Origin: Escherichia phage vB_vPM_PD112
Sequence record: NC_054928.1
Length of the DNA stretch: 64,000 nucleotides
Strand: one strand, 5' to 3'
Shown here: positions 11,346 to 20,705 of the stretch, in pieces
Numbering within the stretch: the stretch's first letter is position 1
Layout: the number at the start of each line of letters is the position of its first letter
The notes under the pieces: model-generated
The model's input: only the letters and a program-made list of their open reading frames with translations
What the model was told of the DNA's origin: nothing
Database searches by the model: none
Position numbers and translations under genes: made by a program

Positions 11346-13610
11346 TCATAATTTACAGGATGAACAATCTTCAGCTTTTGGAGTTTCTATTTCATAATCA
11401 TCAGTACCAGAACCATCACGGGTATTATGATAATAGAAATTTTTAATGCCATAATACCATCCGTATAGCATGTCATCAATCATTATTGACATTGGAACCT
11501 TTCCTTTTGGAAAAATCTGCGGGTCATAGTAAGTATTAGCAGAAGCAGATTGGCACACCCATTTCAACATAATAGCTACCTGCGTAAGATAAGGTTTATT
11601 ACCTTTCTTAGCTAATTTCCATGTATAATCATATAGATCTATGTTATGTTCAATATTGGGCACGACTTGATTAAAGGAACCCTCTTTTGACTCTTTAACA
11701 GAGACTGGTCCACGTGGAGGCTCGATACCGTTTGTACTGTTAGAAACTTGGGAAGATGACTCACATGGCATAAGTGCTGATAATGTGCTATTACGGATGC
11801 CAAAGAGCTTAAGGTCTTCCCGCAGCGCCGACCAGTCACAAACGTATTTTGGAGCTGCGATTTGGTCAATCTTTTTATTGTACCAGTCGATAGGTAATTC
11901 GCCTCGAGACCAACGAGTGTCTGAATAATATTCGCAAGGTCCTTTTTCTTTGGCGAGCTTAATGGATGCTTTAATGAGCCCATACTGTAATCTCTCAAAT
12001 AGTTCATGTGTTAAATCGTTAGCATCTTCATAAGAAGCAAAGTTACTTGCCAGCCAAGCTGCATAGTTAGTAACACCTACGCCAAGGTTTCGACGCTTTT
12101 TAGCTTTTTCTGCTTCAGGAACTGGATATCCTTGGTAATCCAACAGATTATCAAGAGCACGAACTTGAACTTCTGCCAATTCATTAATTTTATCTTGGTC
12201 TTGCCAATCGAAGTTATCAAGAACAAAGGCAGAAAGAGTGCAGAGGCCCACTTCAGCGTCAGGTCCATTCACATCATTTGTTGGAATAGCAATTTCACAA
12301 CACAAGTTACTCTGGCGAATAGGCGCCTTTTCACGAATAAACGGAGTATAGTTATTCGTATTATCAATGAACTGCACATAAATCCTTGCTGTTCCTGAGC
12401 GTTCAGTCATGAGCAATTCAAATAGTTCACGGGCTTTAATACGCTTTTTACGAATATTAGGATCTTTTTCTGCCGCTTCGTATAATTCACGGAAACGGTC
12501 TTGGTCTTTAAAATAAGAATAATAAAGTTCGCCACCCATTTCATGCGGACTGAATAAAGTAATGTAATCGTTCTTTCCGAATCGTTCCATCATTAGGTCA
12601 TTCAGTTGAACGCCATAATCCATATGACGGATACGGTTTTCTTCTACACCTTTGTTATTTTTCAAAACGAGAAGATTTTCAACTTCCAAATGCCAAATAG
12701 GATAATAAGCAGTAGCAGCGCCGCCACGAATTCCACCCTGTGAGCATGATTTAACAGCAGTCTGAAAATGTTTCCAAAAAGGAATAACACCAGTATGACG
12801 CACTTCACCTGTGCCAATCTTAGAACCTTCGGCACGAATCATACCAACGTTAATGCCGATTCCAGCTCGTTTAGAAATATACTCAACAATTGAAGCAGAA
12901 GCCTTATTGATAGACTTCAGCGAATCACCTGCCTCAATAACAACGCATGAACTAAATTGCCGAGTTGGAGTACGACATCCAGCCATAATAGGAGTTGGCA
13001 ATGAAATCTGTCGAGTAGATACTGCTTCATAAAAACGAATAACATGTTTTAATCTGTCAACAGGTTCATCTTGATGCAATGCCATTCCAATAGTCATAAA
13101 TGCAAACTGTGGAGTTTCATAAATTTGACCAGTGGTTTTATCTTTAACGAGATATTTTTCTTTTAATTGCATCGCCCCGGAATAAGTAAATTCCATATCC
13201 CGCTCATGCTTAATTTTTGATTCTAAAAATGTAATTTCTTCTGCTGAATATTTTGACAGCAGTTCAGGGTCATATTTACCTTCATTTACACAGTAAGAAA
13301 TATGGTCAATAAATGAACGTGGTTCATACTGACCGTAAACATGCTTACGAAGAGCGAACATTAAACAGCGTGCAGCTACATATTGATAATCAGGCTCTTC
13401 AACTGAAATAGAATTCGCAGCAGCCTTAATGACAATAGTCTGAATGTCATCAGTTGTCATTCCATCACGGAGATATGATTTAATATTTTCATATAATTCA
13501 TAAGGATCTACAGATGTTCCTTCAGCTGCCCAAGATAAAACTTTAATAATTTTTTGCGGGTCAAAGCTTTGAGAAACACCACTACTTTTGATAACATTAA
13601 TTAATTGCAT
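11346..13610 (-). CDS. nrdA: ribonucleotide reductase large subunit
   Basis: 754 aa, class Ia RNR catalytic subunit; T4 NrdA size and position. Confidence 0.95.
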   Translation of the reverse strand: MQLINVIKSSGVSQSFDPQKIIKVLSWAAEGTSVDPYELYENIKSYLRDGMTTDDIQTIVIKAAANSISVEEPDYQYVAARCLMFALRKHVYGQYEPRSFIDHISYCVNEGKYDPELLSKYSAEEITFLESKIKHERDMEFTYSGAMQLKEKYLVKDKTTGQIYETPQFAFMTIGMALHQDEPVDRLKHVIRFYEAVSTRQISLPTPIMAGCRTPTRQFSSCVVIEAGDSLKSINKASASIVEYISKRAGIGINVGMIRAEGSKIGTGEVRHTGVIPFWKHFQTAVKSCSQGGIRGGAATAYYPIWHLEVENLLVLKNNKGVEENRIRHMDYGVQLNDLMMERFGKNDYITLFSPHEMGGELYYSYFKDQDRFRELYEAAEKDPNIRKKRIKARELFELLMTERSGTARIYVQFIDNTNNYTPFIREKAPIRQSNLCCEIAIPTNDVNGPDAEVGLCTLSAFVLDNFDWQDQDKINELAEVQVRALDNLLDYQGYPVPEAEKAKKRRNLGVGVTNYAAWLASNFASYEDANDLTHELFERLQYGLIKASIKLAKEKGPCEYYSDTRWSRGELPIDWYNKKIDQIAAPKYVCDWSALREDLKLFGIRNSTLSALMPCESSSQVSNSTNGIEPPRGPVSVKESKEGSFNQVVPNIEHNIDLYDYTWKLAKKGNKPYLTQVAIMLKWVCQSASANTYYDPQIFPKGKVPMSIMIDDMLYGWYYGIKNFYYHNTRDGSGTDDYEIETPKAEDCSSCKL

Positions 13611-13880
13611 AAGTCCTCAACTTGAAAATCGTCTTTAAACAATCGGTTAACTATATGAGCTATTATATCACCATGACACGGCTTTGGTTTACATGTGCAT
13701 CCTAGCCTCATTCCACGTAAAGGCTCTAAATGTGCTTTAGTTATTTCTCCGGATTTAATTCGACGTATAAAATCTTTTTGAATAATTCAATGGCAGCCTC
13801 CCGGCTGCCAGCATCTTTACCGACGTAATTTCCCCCAAAATGTACCACGGTGAATATTAACATCAAAGTCGGATTTGTAT

Positions 13881-14144
13881 TTATTCACTACCCGACATAG
13901 ACGGCCCGCGCGGTGATAATTCGGCATATTGTTTTTCCGTTAAAACAGTAATATCGTAGTAACAGTCAGAAGAAGTTTTAACTGTGGAAATTTTATTATC
14001 AAAATACTCACGAGTCATTTTATGAGTATAATATTTTTTGCCATAAATGATAATAGGCTGATTTGGTCCTGGAACTTCTAGCTCACTTGGATTAGGAAGT
14101 GTAAAAAGAACTACACCAGAAGTATCTTTAAATCGTAAAATCAT
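13881..14144 (-). CDS. hypothetical protein
   Basis: ORF track, 87 aa; between td and nrdA. Confidence 0.45.
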   Translation of the reverse strand: MILRFKDTSGVVLFTLPNPSELEVPGPNQPIIIYGKKYYTHKMTREYFDNKISTVKTSSDCYYDITVLTEKQYAELSPRGPSMSGSE

Positions 14145-14167
14145 ATATCCTCACAATTAATAATTAA

Positions 14168-15289
14168 TTACACTGCCATTTTTCCTTTAATAGGAGGGTG
14201 TGATTCATAACCTTTAAGAACGAAATCTTTAGGCCTGAGTTTAAGAACATATTTTAATTGTTCTTTAGTAGAAAGATAGCGGAATTTATAAGGTAGACCA
14301 CTTATTACCAGTTCACAAAGCTCTTTAGGTTCACGACGTAAAATTTCTTTACACTGTTCTACGTGATTCATATAGATATGAGTATTACCACCAGAAAATA
14401 TCAAATCTCCTGGAATAAGATTACACATCTTAGCTACAATATGAACTAACGCAGCATATGATGCAATATTAAATGGAAGCATTATGTTCAGATAAGGTCG
14501 TTAATCTTATCCCGGAATTATATCCAGCTGCATGTCACCATGCAGAGCAGACTATATCTCCAACTTGCTAAAGCAAGTTGTCTATCGTTTCGAGTCACTT
14601 GACCCTACTCCCTAAAGGGATAGTCGTTAGGCATTTATGTAGAACCAAAGTCCTACAATTTAGCACGGGATTGTCTACTAGAGAGGTTCCCCGTTTAGAT
14701 AGATTACAAGTATAAGTCACCTTATACTCAGGCCTAAATTAACCCAAGAAAACATCTACAGAACGTTGATACCACTGCAAATCCAAATAGCCATTACGCA
14801 CATTAAACTGATAGAACATGTGACAAGGCGGTAATGCCATTTGCTTAAGTTCAGCTGGATTCCATGCAGAAACAATTTGACGCCTATCATTCGGCAGTTT
14901 TTTAATACGATCAATAACTTCTATAATTTGGTCTACACCGCCAAAATCACGCCATTGTTTTCCATAAATTGGACCAAGTTCACCGCTATGATATCCTAAA
15001 TCTTTTGCTTGATTTTCGTAATTTTCATCCCAGACTGTTTTGCCTTGAATTAATGAATTATGTTGAATTAATCGCAAATCATTTACGTTAGTACTTCCTG
15101 ATAAGAACCACAATAACTCAGAAATACATGCATTCCAGGCGAGCTTCTTAGTCGTTACTGCAGGAAAACCTTTAGTTAAATCCCAACGTAATTTAGTACC
15201 GAACAAAGCAATTGTTCCTGTGCCTGTTCGGTCATCGGTTTCATAACCGTTTTCCAGGATATCTTTAATTAAAAATTGGTATTGTTTCA

Positions 15290-15290
<1 letters not shown>
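14168..15290 (-). CDS. td: thymidylate synthase, split by group I intron: exons 15290..14742 and 14479..14168 (286 aa spliced)
   Basis: Exon 1 ends VDVFLG, exon 2 begins LPFNIASYA; spliced product matches recalled T4 TS; start MKQYQ at 15290. Confidence 0.92.
14480..14741 (-). other. group I self-splicing intron in td, ORF-less (262 nt; no I-TevI-like ORF)
   Basis: Begins UAAUUUAGGCCUGAGUAUAAGGUGACUUAUACUUG, ends CUUAUCUGAACAUAAUG; matches recalled T4 td intron core. Confidence 0.85.
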
Positions 15291-16322
<1,032 letters not shown>

Positions 16323-16332
16323 ATTATTTTCC

Positions 16333-16575
16333 TTAAACAGACTTTTTCACAATTTTCCAATCAGCTTTAAACTGTTCAACGTCAGAGTGGTAAATCCAGA
16401 ATCCTGCGCTTTCTCCATCCTCATAAAGAGGGCATCCATCGCATTCATCTTCCCATCCCATGTCACGTAAAAGATGTTCAGCTTTTTCAACAAGTTCAGA
16501 ATCTTTACCTATGATATTAAAATACCATTTACCTCTAACTTCTGAATCTTTAATGCTCTGGCGTTGTAATCTCAT
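16333..16575 (-). CDS. hypothetical protein
   Basis: ORF track, 80 aa. Confidence 0.45.
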   Translation of the reverse strand: MRLQRQSIKDSEVRGKWYFNIIGKDSELVEKAEHLLRDMGWEDECDGCPLYEDGESAGFWIYHSDVEQFKADWKIVKKSV

Positions 16576-16598
16576 TTTATTCTCCTTAGTTGATAGGG

Positions 16599-16631
16599 TA
16601 ATAGTATCACACTACTACCCTACTGTAAACT
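16599..16631 (-). promoter_or_regulatory. T4 early-type promoter
   Basis: gtaaac 16625-16630 and atagta 16601-16606 on plus strand. Confidence 0.5.
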
Positions 16632-17016
16632 ACTTTTTGAAAGTTTTTCGCAAAAGTTCAATGATTTCATCTACATTGTTTTCGTCTACAATGCAGTGAA
16701 TTTTTGTTACGCCAGAAATCTTGTCTTCGACTTCATCTTCTTCAGAAGTCGGTTCTTTATACTCGCGGAAACAATAAAACTCTTCTTCACTAAGTTCAAA
16801 ATAATCATCACCTATGCCATCATTATAATAGATTTCGCCATTAGCACAAATGATTTCGGTTACATAATCAAAGCCATCTAAACTTGATATTGATTTAACT
16901 TCAAACCAACCGCCATTTTCTTGAATGATGCTGACCATATTAGCATTTGATGAACTAATATCAATGAAAGATTTAATACGGTGTGGATTTAACTCATATT
17001 TTTTGCCGATTTCCAT
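16630..17016 (-). CDS. hypothetical acidic protein
   Basis: ORF track trimmed to ATG at 17016 preceded by GAGGAAAA. Confidence 0.45.
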   Translation of the reverse strand: MEIGKKYELNPHRIKSFIDISSSNANMVSIIQENGGWFEVKSISSLDGFDYVTEIICANGEIYYNDGIGDDYFELSEEEFYCFREYKEPTSEEDEVEDKISGVTKIHCIVDENNVDEIIELLRKTFKK

Positions 17017-17061
17017 TTTGATTTTCCTCATTTTAACGGGACTGTAATAGCCCCTTGATAA

Positions 17062-17289
17062 TTATTGTTCAATCAGTCCCATATAAAATTCTGCGTCTTC
17101 AGCATCCATGCCATCGCAATATTCATTAGCCATAAAGCGGGTGAGGTCTTCAAGAGGACCTTCAATAACGATTTGAATACTCCAAAACTTAGAATCTTGT
17201 ACGCTTGTGATACTAAGTTCAGGATAACGATTACGAATAATTTCTTCAATATATTCAAAATCAACGATGTCAATATCAACTTTAGCCAT
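17062..17289 (-). CDS. hypothetical acidic protein
   Basis: ORF track trimmed to ATG at 17289 preceded by AAAGAGGAAAA. Confidence 0.45.
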   Translation of the reverse strand: MAKVDIDIVDFEYIEEIIRNRYPELSITSVQDSKFWSIQIVIEGPLEDLTRFMANEYCDGMDAEDAEFYMGLIEQ

Positions 17290-17383
17290 ATTATTTTCCT
17301 CTTTAATCATCAGCAGTATTGCCGATAGTTGTATAGTACCATAGAAGAACAGAGATGTAAACAGTTTTGTGAAAAATTTTTGA

Positions 17384-17411
17384 AATAAAAAAGGGGACCT
17401 CTAGGGTCCCC
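17384..17411 (-). terminator. Rho-independent terminator downstream of gene 32
   Basis: Hairpin ggggacctctagggtcccc 17393-17411 followed on minus strand by U-rich tract. Confidence 0.6.
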
Positions 17412-17433
17412 AATTAATTAGTAATATAATCTA

Positions 17434-18342
17434 TTAAAGGTCATTCAAAAGGTCATCCAGATCCGTGTCATCAGCACTAGATGAACTGCCAGAGCTTGAG
17501 CTCATAAAATCATCTTCAGTTTTTGTTTTGAAGTCATCAACATTGAATGCATCCAAATCATCAGCAACTTTATCAGCTTTCTTAGCGGCAGTTGCTGCGG
17601 CACCACCCATAGCAGCAGTTCCCATAACTTGACTGAACTTAGTGCTCAGTTCTTCAAACGATTTGAATTTATCTTTAGAAGTCATTTCAGAAAGGTCAAC
17701 CATTTGTTCGAACAGTTCTTTCTGGAAAGATTCATCATCAATGTTTGGAATCGCAGATTGATTCAGGAATTTAGATTCGTCATAGTTACTAAAACCAGAA
17801 ACTTGTTTAACTTTCAGTACAAAGTTAGCACCTTCCCACGGACAAGTTACATCAACCGGAGTTTCACCCATTTCAACATCAACTGCAATCATTGCATTGA
17901 TTTTATCCCAGATTTTCTTACCGAAACGGTATTTAAATACTTTACCTTCATTTTCTGGAGCAGCTGGGTCTTTTACTACAAGAATGTTAGCCCAGTAAGA
18001 AGTTTTACGTTTAACAAGACCGTACTCTTTATTGTCAGTGTTGTACAAATCATTTTTACTGATGTACTGACATACTGGACAAGAATCGTAATCACCGTGG
18101 GTAGATGAACATGTTTCGATATACCATTTACCATTTTTCTTGAAACCGTGATTTACAAGAAGTGCGAATGGTGCTTGTTCATCATTTTTAGACGGAAGAA
18201 AACGAATTACTGCTTGGCCGTTACCCGCATTGTCGAGTTTCAGTTTCCACTCGCCTTTATCTTCAGAAGAAAAACCACCTTTATTTCCAGCCAGTTTAGC
18301 CATTTGTGCAGCGAGTTCAGCAGTAGATTTACGTTTAAACAT
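17434..18342 (-). CDS. 32: single-stranded DNA-binding protein gp32
   Basis: 302 aa, near-identical to recalled T4 gp32 including acidic C-terminal tail. Confidence 0.95.
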   Translation of the reverse strand: MFKRKSTAELAAQMAKLAGNKGGFSSEDKGEWKLKLDNAGNGQAVIRFLPSKNDEQAPFALLVNHGFKKNGKWYIETCSSTHGDYDSCPVCQYISKNDLYNTDNKEYGLVKRKTSYWANILVVKDPAAPENEGKVFKYRFGKKIWDKINAMIAVDVEMGETPVDVTCPWEGANFVLKVKQVSGFSNYDESKFLNQSAIPNIDDESFQKELFEQMVDLSEMTSKDKFKSFEELSTKFSQVMGTAAMGGAAATAAKKADKVADDLDAFNVDDFKTKTEDDFMSSSSGSSSSADDTDLDDLLNDL

Positions 18343-18415
18343 TTTTATTTCCTTTTTAATTTAATTAACAGTTGGTGCTATGACGATGTATGACCTCATA
18401 GCTGGTCAGTGAGAT
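18343..18415 (-). promoter_or_regulatory. gene 32 translational operator: upstream pseudoknot plus A/U-rich leader
   Basis: Leader reads GACCAGCUAUGAGGUCAUACAUCGUCAUAGCAC...UUAAUUAAAUUAAAAAGGAAAUAAAAAUG, matching recalled T4 autoregulatory site. Confidence 0.6.
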
Positions 18416-18419
18416 AATT

Positions 18420-18450
18420 ATAATCTATTTATAATAAGCAATTAATACTT
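18420..18450 (-). promoter_or_regulatory. gene 32 promoter region: MotA-box-like TTGCTTA plus late TATAAATA
   Basis: Minus strand reads AATTGCTTATTATAAATAGATTATAAT. Confidence 0.5.
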
Positions 18451-19095
18451 ACAAGATTTCACAGTTTCAATGAAAACACTTTTGGCTTTCTGCGAATCAA
18501 TATTTAAAATTTTTCTATAAGCCTTTAACTTTATAGAATAATTATTCCAGACTAAATTATCAGTCTGTTCATCATGTTTATCAATTATATTTAAAAACGA
18601 ATCAAGCAAGATAAACGTCTCAAACGAAATTATATTCGATTGAAGTAGTTTAAAAATATAACTTGATTGAACTTTTGGATTATACTCAAAGATTTCTTTA
18701 AAAGCAGAAACTTCAACTTTTTTACTAAAATAATAAATGTTGCGAATATCTTCTTCAAACTTAAATTTAATTTGCTTTAAGCGTCCGATATATTCACGAT
18801 AAAACACAAGTGCATCAGCGTCAGAGATGTCACCAATCCAAGCATCTTGGTTAGCAACAAGATTGCTTATAAAGATTAAAGCAAGTTCCTTTAATTTATA
18901 TTTTTCTGATAACTTCTGGAAAAAATACTTATCCCTTCGCTTTTGATAAGCGGCATCAGACACCCGCATGCACCAATTATACTTAATTACATCATACTTT
19001 CCATTCATATGTTGTTTTATCATTAAGTATAATTTATAAACTGATTTACCATCAATGTATCTTTCACCACCAGCAGGCATGCGGAGTTTAATCAT
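18442..19095 (-). CDS. 59: helicase loader gp59
   Basis: 217 aa; T4 gp59 size and position. Confidence 0.85.
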   Translation of the reverse strand: MIKLRMPAGGERYIDGKSVYKLYLMIKQHMNGKYDVIKYNWCMRVSDAAYQKRRDKYFFQKLSEKYKLKELALIFISNLVANQDAWIGDISDADALVFYREYIGRLKQIKFKFEEDIRNIYYFSKKVEVSAFKEIFEYNPKVQSSYIFKLLQSNIISFETFILLDSFLNIIDKHDEQTDNLVWNNYSIKLKAYRKILNIDSQKAKSVFIETVKSCKY

Positions 19096-19439
19096 AGTAG
19101 AAAATCTAATGTATTAGTTTTTTCACAACGAACAACAGAAGGACGTAAAAGATTTTCGTCAATAGCTTCTGACTGAATTTTTTCAATTATACCCGAAGGA
19201 ATAAATTTAGCAAATTGAGTTTCAGGAATAGAATTTTCTTCTAAGAATGCTGTTGTAGCTTCAAGATAACTCATTCCAAACTCTTCTACCATTTTTTCAA
19301 TAATAAATCCATTTTCTTGACGATCAAGAAGCTTTGCAATTTCATCCTTTTCTTTCTTAATTGAAAGTTCTTTTTCTGAAAGACCGGTCTCATCGACCGG
19401 ACGAATATCATTTAGAGAAAACTGTGTCATAAAGTTCAA
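19092..19439 (-). CDS. 33: late transcription co-activator gp33
   Basis: 115 aa, acidic; position between 59 and dsbA as in T4. Confidence 0.7.
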   Translation of the reverse strand: MNFMTQFSLNDIRPVDETGLSEKELSIKKEKDEIAKLLDRQENGFIIEKMVEEFGMSYLEATTAFLEENSIPETQFAKFIPSGIIEKIQSEAIDENLLRPSVVRCEKTNTLDFLL

Positions 19440-19677
19440 CTACCTCTTCGGTTTCAGCTTCAAACACATCACGGTTATCTTTATGATACAAAGCTAACAG
19501 ACGATTAAACATCTTACCATCAACGCCAAGTTCATCTTTAGCACGAATTCGAATATCTTTAATCAATTCATTATAACCAGAAATTTTCAGTTTATGATCA
19601 GATGCTTCTTTGATAAATTTAGCTAAGTCTTCGCCATGGATAGCTTCATCAAATTCAACCATTTCTTTTTTAGCCAT
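19408..19677 (-). CDS. dsbA: dsDNA-binding late transcription enhancer DsbA
   Basis: 89 aa; T4 DsbA size and position. Confidence 0.75.
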   Translation of the reverse strand: MAKKEMVEFDEAIHGEDLAKFIKEASDHKLKISGYNELIKDIRIRAKDELGVDGKMFNRLLALYHKDNRDVFEAETEEVVELYDTVFSK

Positions 19678-19685
19678 TATTCACC

Positions 19686-20603
19686 TCAAAATTCATTAAT
19701 GCTATTAGTTAATTTAGAAAGACCCGCTTTTACAAAATATGAATAAATTTTGCCACGCGGTGGTAATTTATATGAATTATAGTAATTCACAATGTTTGAA
19801 GCAATATTATCAGGAATATAATCAAAATCAATTAGAACTAAATTTTCTTTGTATCGATTATATTCAGATTCAGTGAGAAGCACCTTAGCTTGCTCACGGT
19901 CATTAGCAATAGCTTCAACAACAGATGTTTTCATTGAAGGAGTTCGTTCACCTTCAACTCTGGTAAACCAAAAGTCAGATCGTACTTTAACTGAAGCGAC
20001 GTTATCCTTTTTGTCGCCTTTAAGGATTTTAGTCATACAGTCAATTTCAGCAGAACCGCTTTTAATTTTAACCCATTTCTTGTGCATCGGTGACCATTGC
20101 TTAACATTTGGATATTTGTGAAGCTGTGTAAAGTCACCATCCGATGAAATGATTAAAATCTTGTGTCCTTCTAAAGAGAACTTTTTAACAAGAACAGCAA
20201 TGTGGTCATCTGCTTCATACTTATCAATATCCATAACAATGTATGGCATATAAGCTTTTAATTCATCTATAACTTTATGGCTGGATTCAAAATAACCTTC
20301 CCAGTCCCAAGTAGATTCTTCTCGTGCCTTTCCGCGGTTTTTCTTATAATAATAAGCGAAATCACGACGCCAGTATCCAGATTTCGCGTTATCAATACAC
20401 AGTACAATTTTAGTGTATCCAAGCGTTTTTGCTTTTTTGACATTAAACTTAATTGAGTTCAATATCAAATGACGAACCATTGATAAATTAATTTTTTCTT
20501 TATCTGGGAAGTTTACTAGAGCAGTTGAAAGCGCAATTTGACTAAAGTCAATTAAGCAAATTCCTTCTTTGTAATCTTCATCCAGCATCATTTCTAAATC
20601 CAT
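19686..20603 (-). CDS. rnh: RNase H (5'-3' exonuclease, FEN family)
   Basis: 305 aa from internal Met MDLEMMLDEDYKEG matching recalled T4 RNase H; track ORF extended. Confidence 0.9.
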   Translation of the reverse strand: MDLEMMLDEDYKEGICLIDFSQIALSTALVNFPDKEKINLSMVRHLILNSIKFNVKKAKTLGYTKIVLCIDNAKSGYWRRDFAYYYKKNRGKAREESTWDWEGYFESSHKVIDELKAYMPYIVMDIDKYEADDHIAVLVKKFSLEGHKILIISSDGDFTQLHKYPNVKQWSPMHKKWVKIKSGSAEIDCMTKILKGDKKDNVASVKVRSDFWFTRVEGERTPSMKTSVVEAIANDREQAKVLLTESEYNRYKENLVLIDFDYIPDNIASNIVNYYNSYKLPPRGKIYSYFVKAGLSKLTNSINEF

Positions 20604-20624
20604 ATGAACCTCGTTCAATTAGTG

Positions 20625-20660
20625 AGATTTCTATTATACCATCCAAATCTTAAAGTAAAC
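20625..20660 (-). promoter_or_regulatory. T4 early-type promoter for rnh
   Basis: Minus strand GTTTAC...17 nt...TATAAT. Confidence 0.5.
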
Positions 20661-20663
20661 AAG

Positions 20664-20671
20664 TATAAATA
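20664..20671 (+). promoter_or_regulatory. late promoter TATAAATA for gene 34
   Basis: Exact TATAAATA 35 nt upstream of gene 34 ATG. Confidence 0.65.
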
Positions 20672-20705
20672 CTTATTATTGAAAACACAATAGGAGCCCG
20701 GGAGA

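Noticed and set aside
11639-12268. Minus-strand ORFs 11639..12007 and 12077..12268 inside nrdA, and 10054..10251 inside nrdB exon 2
   Set aside because: Alternative frames within conserved RNR coding sequence; no independent support.
17073-17279. Hydrophobic 68-aa ORF overlapping ORF 17062..17310 on the same strand
   Set aside because: Out-of-frame overlap with a more plausible acidic protein that has a proper SD; likely spurious.
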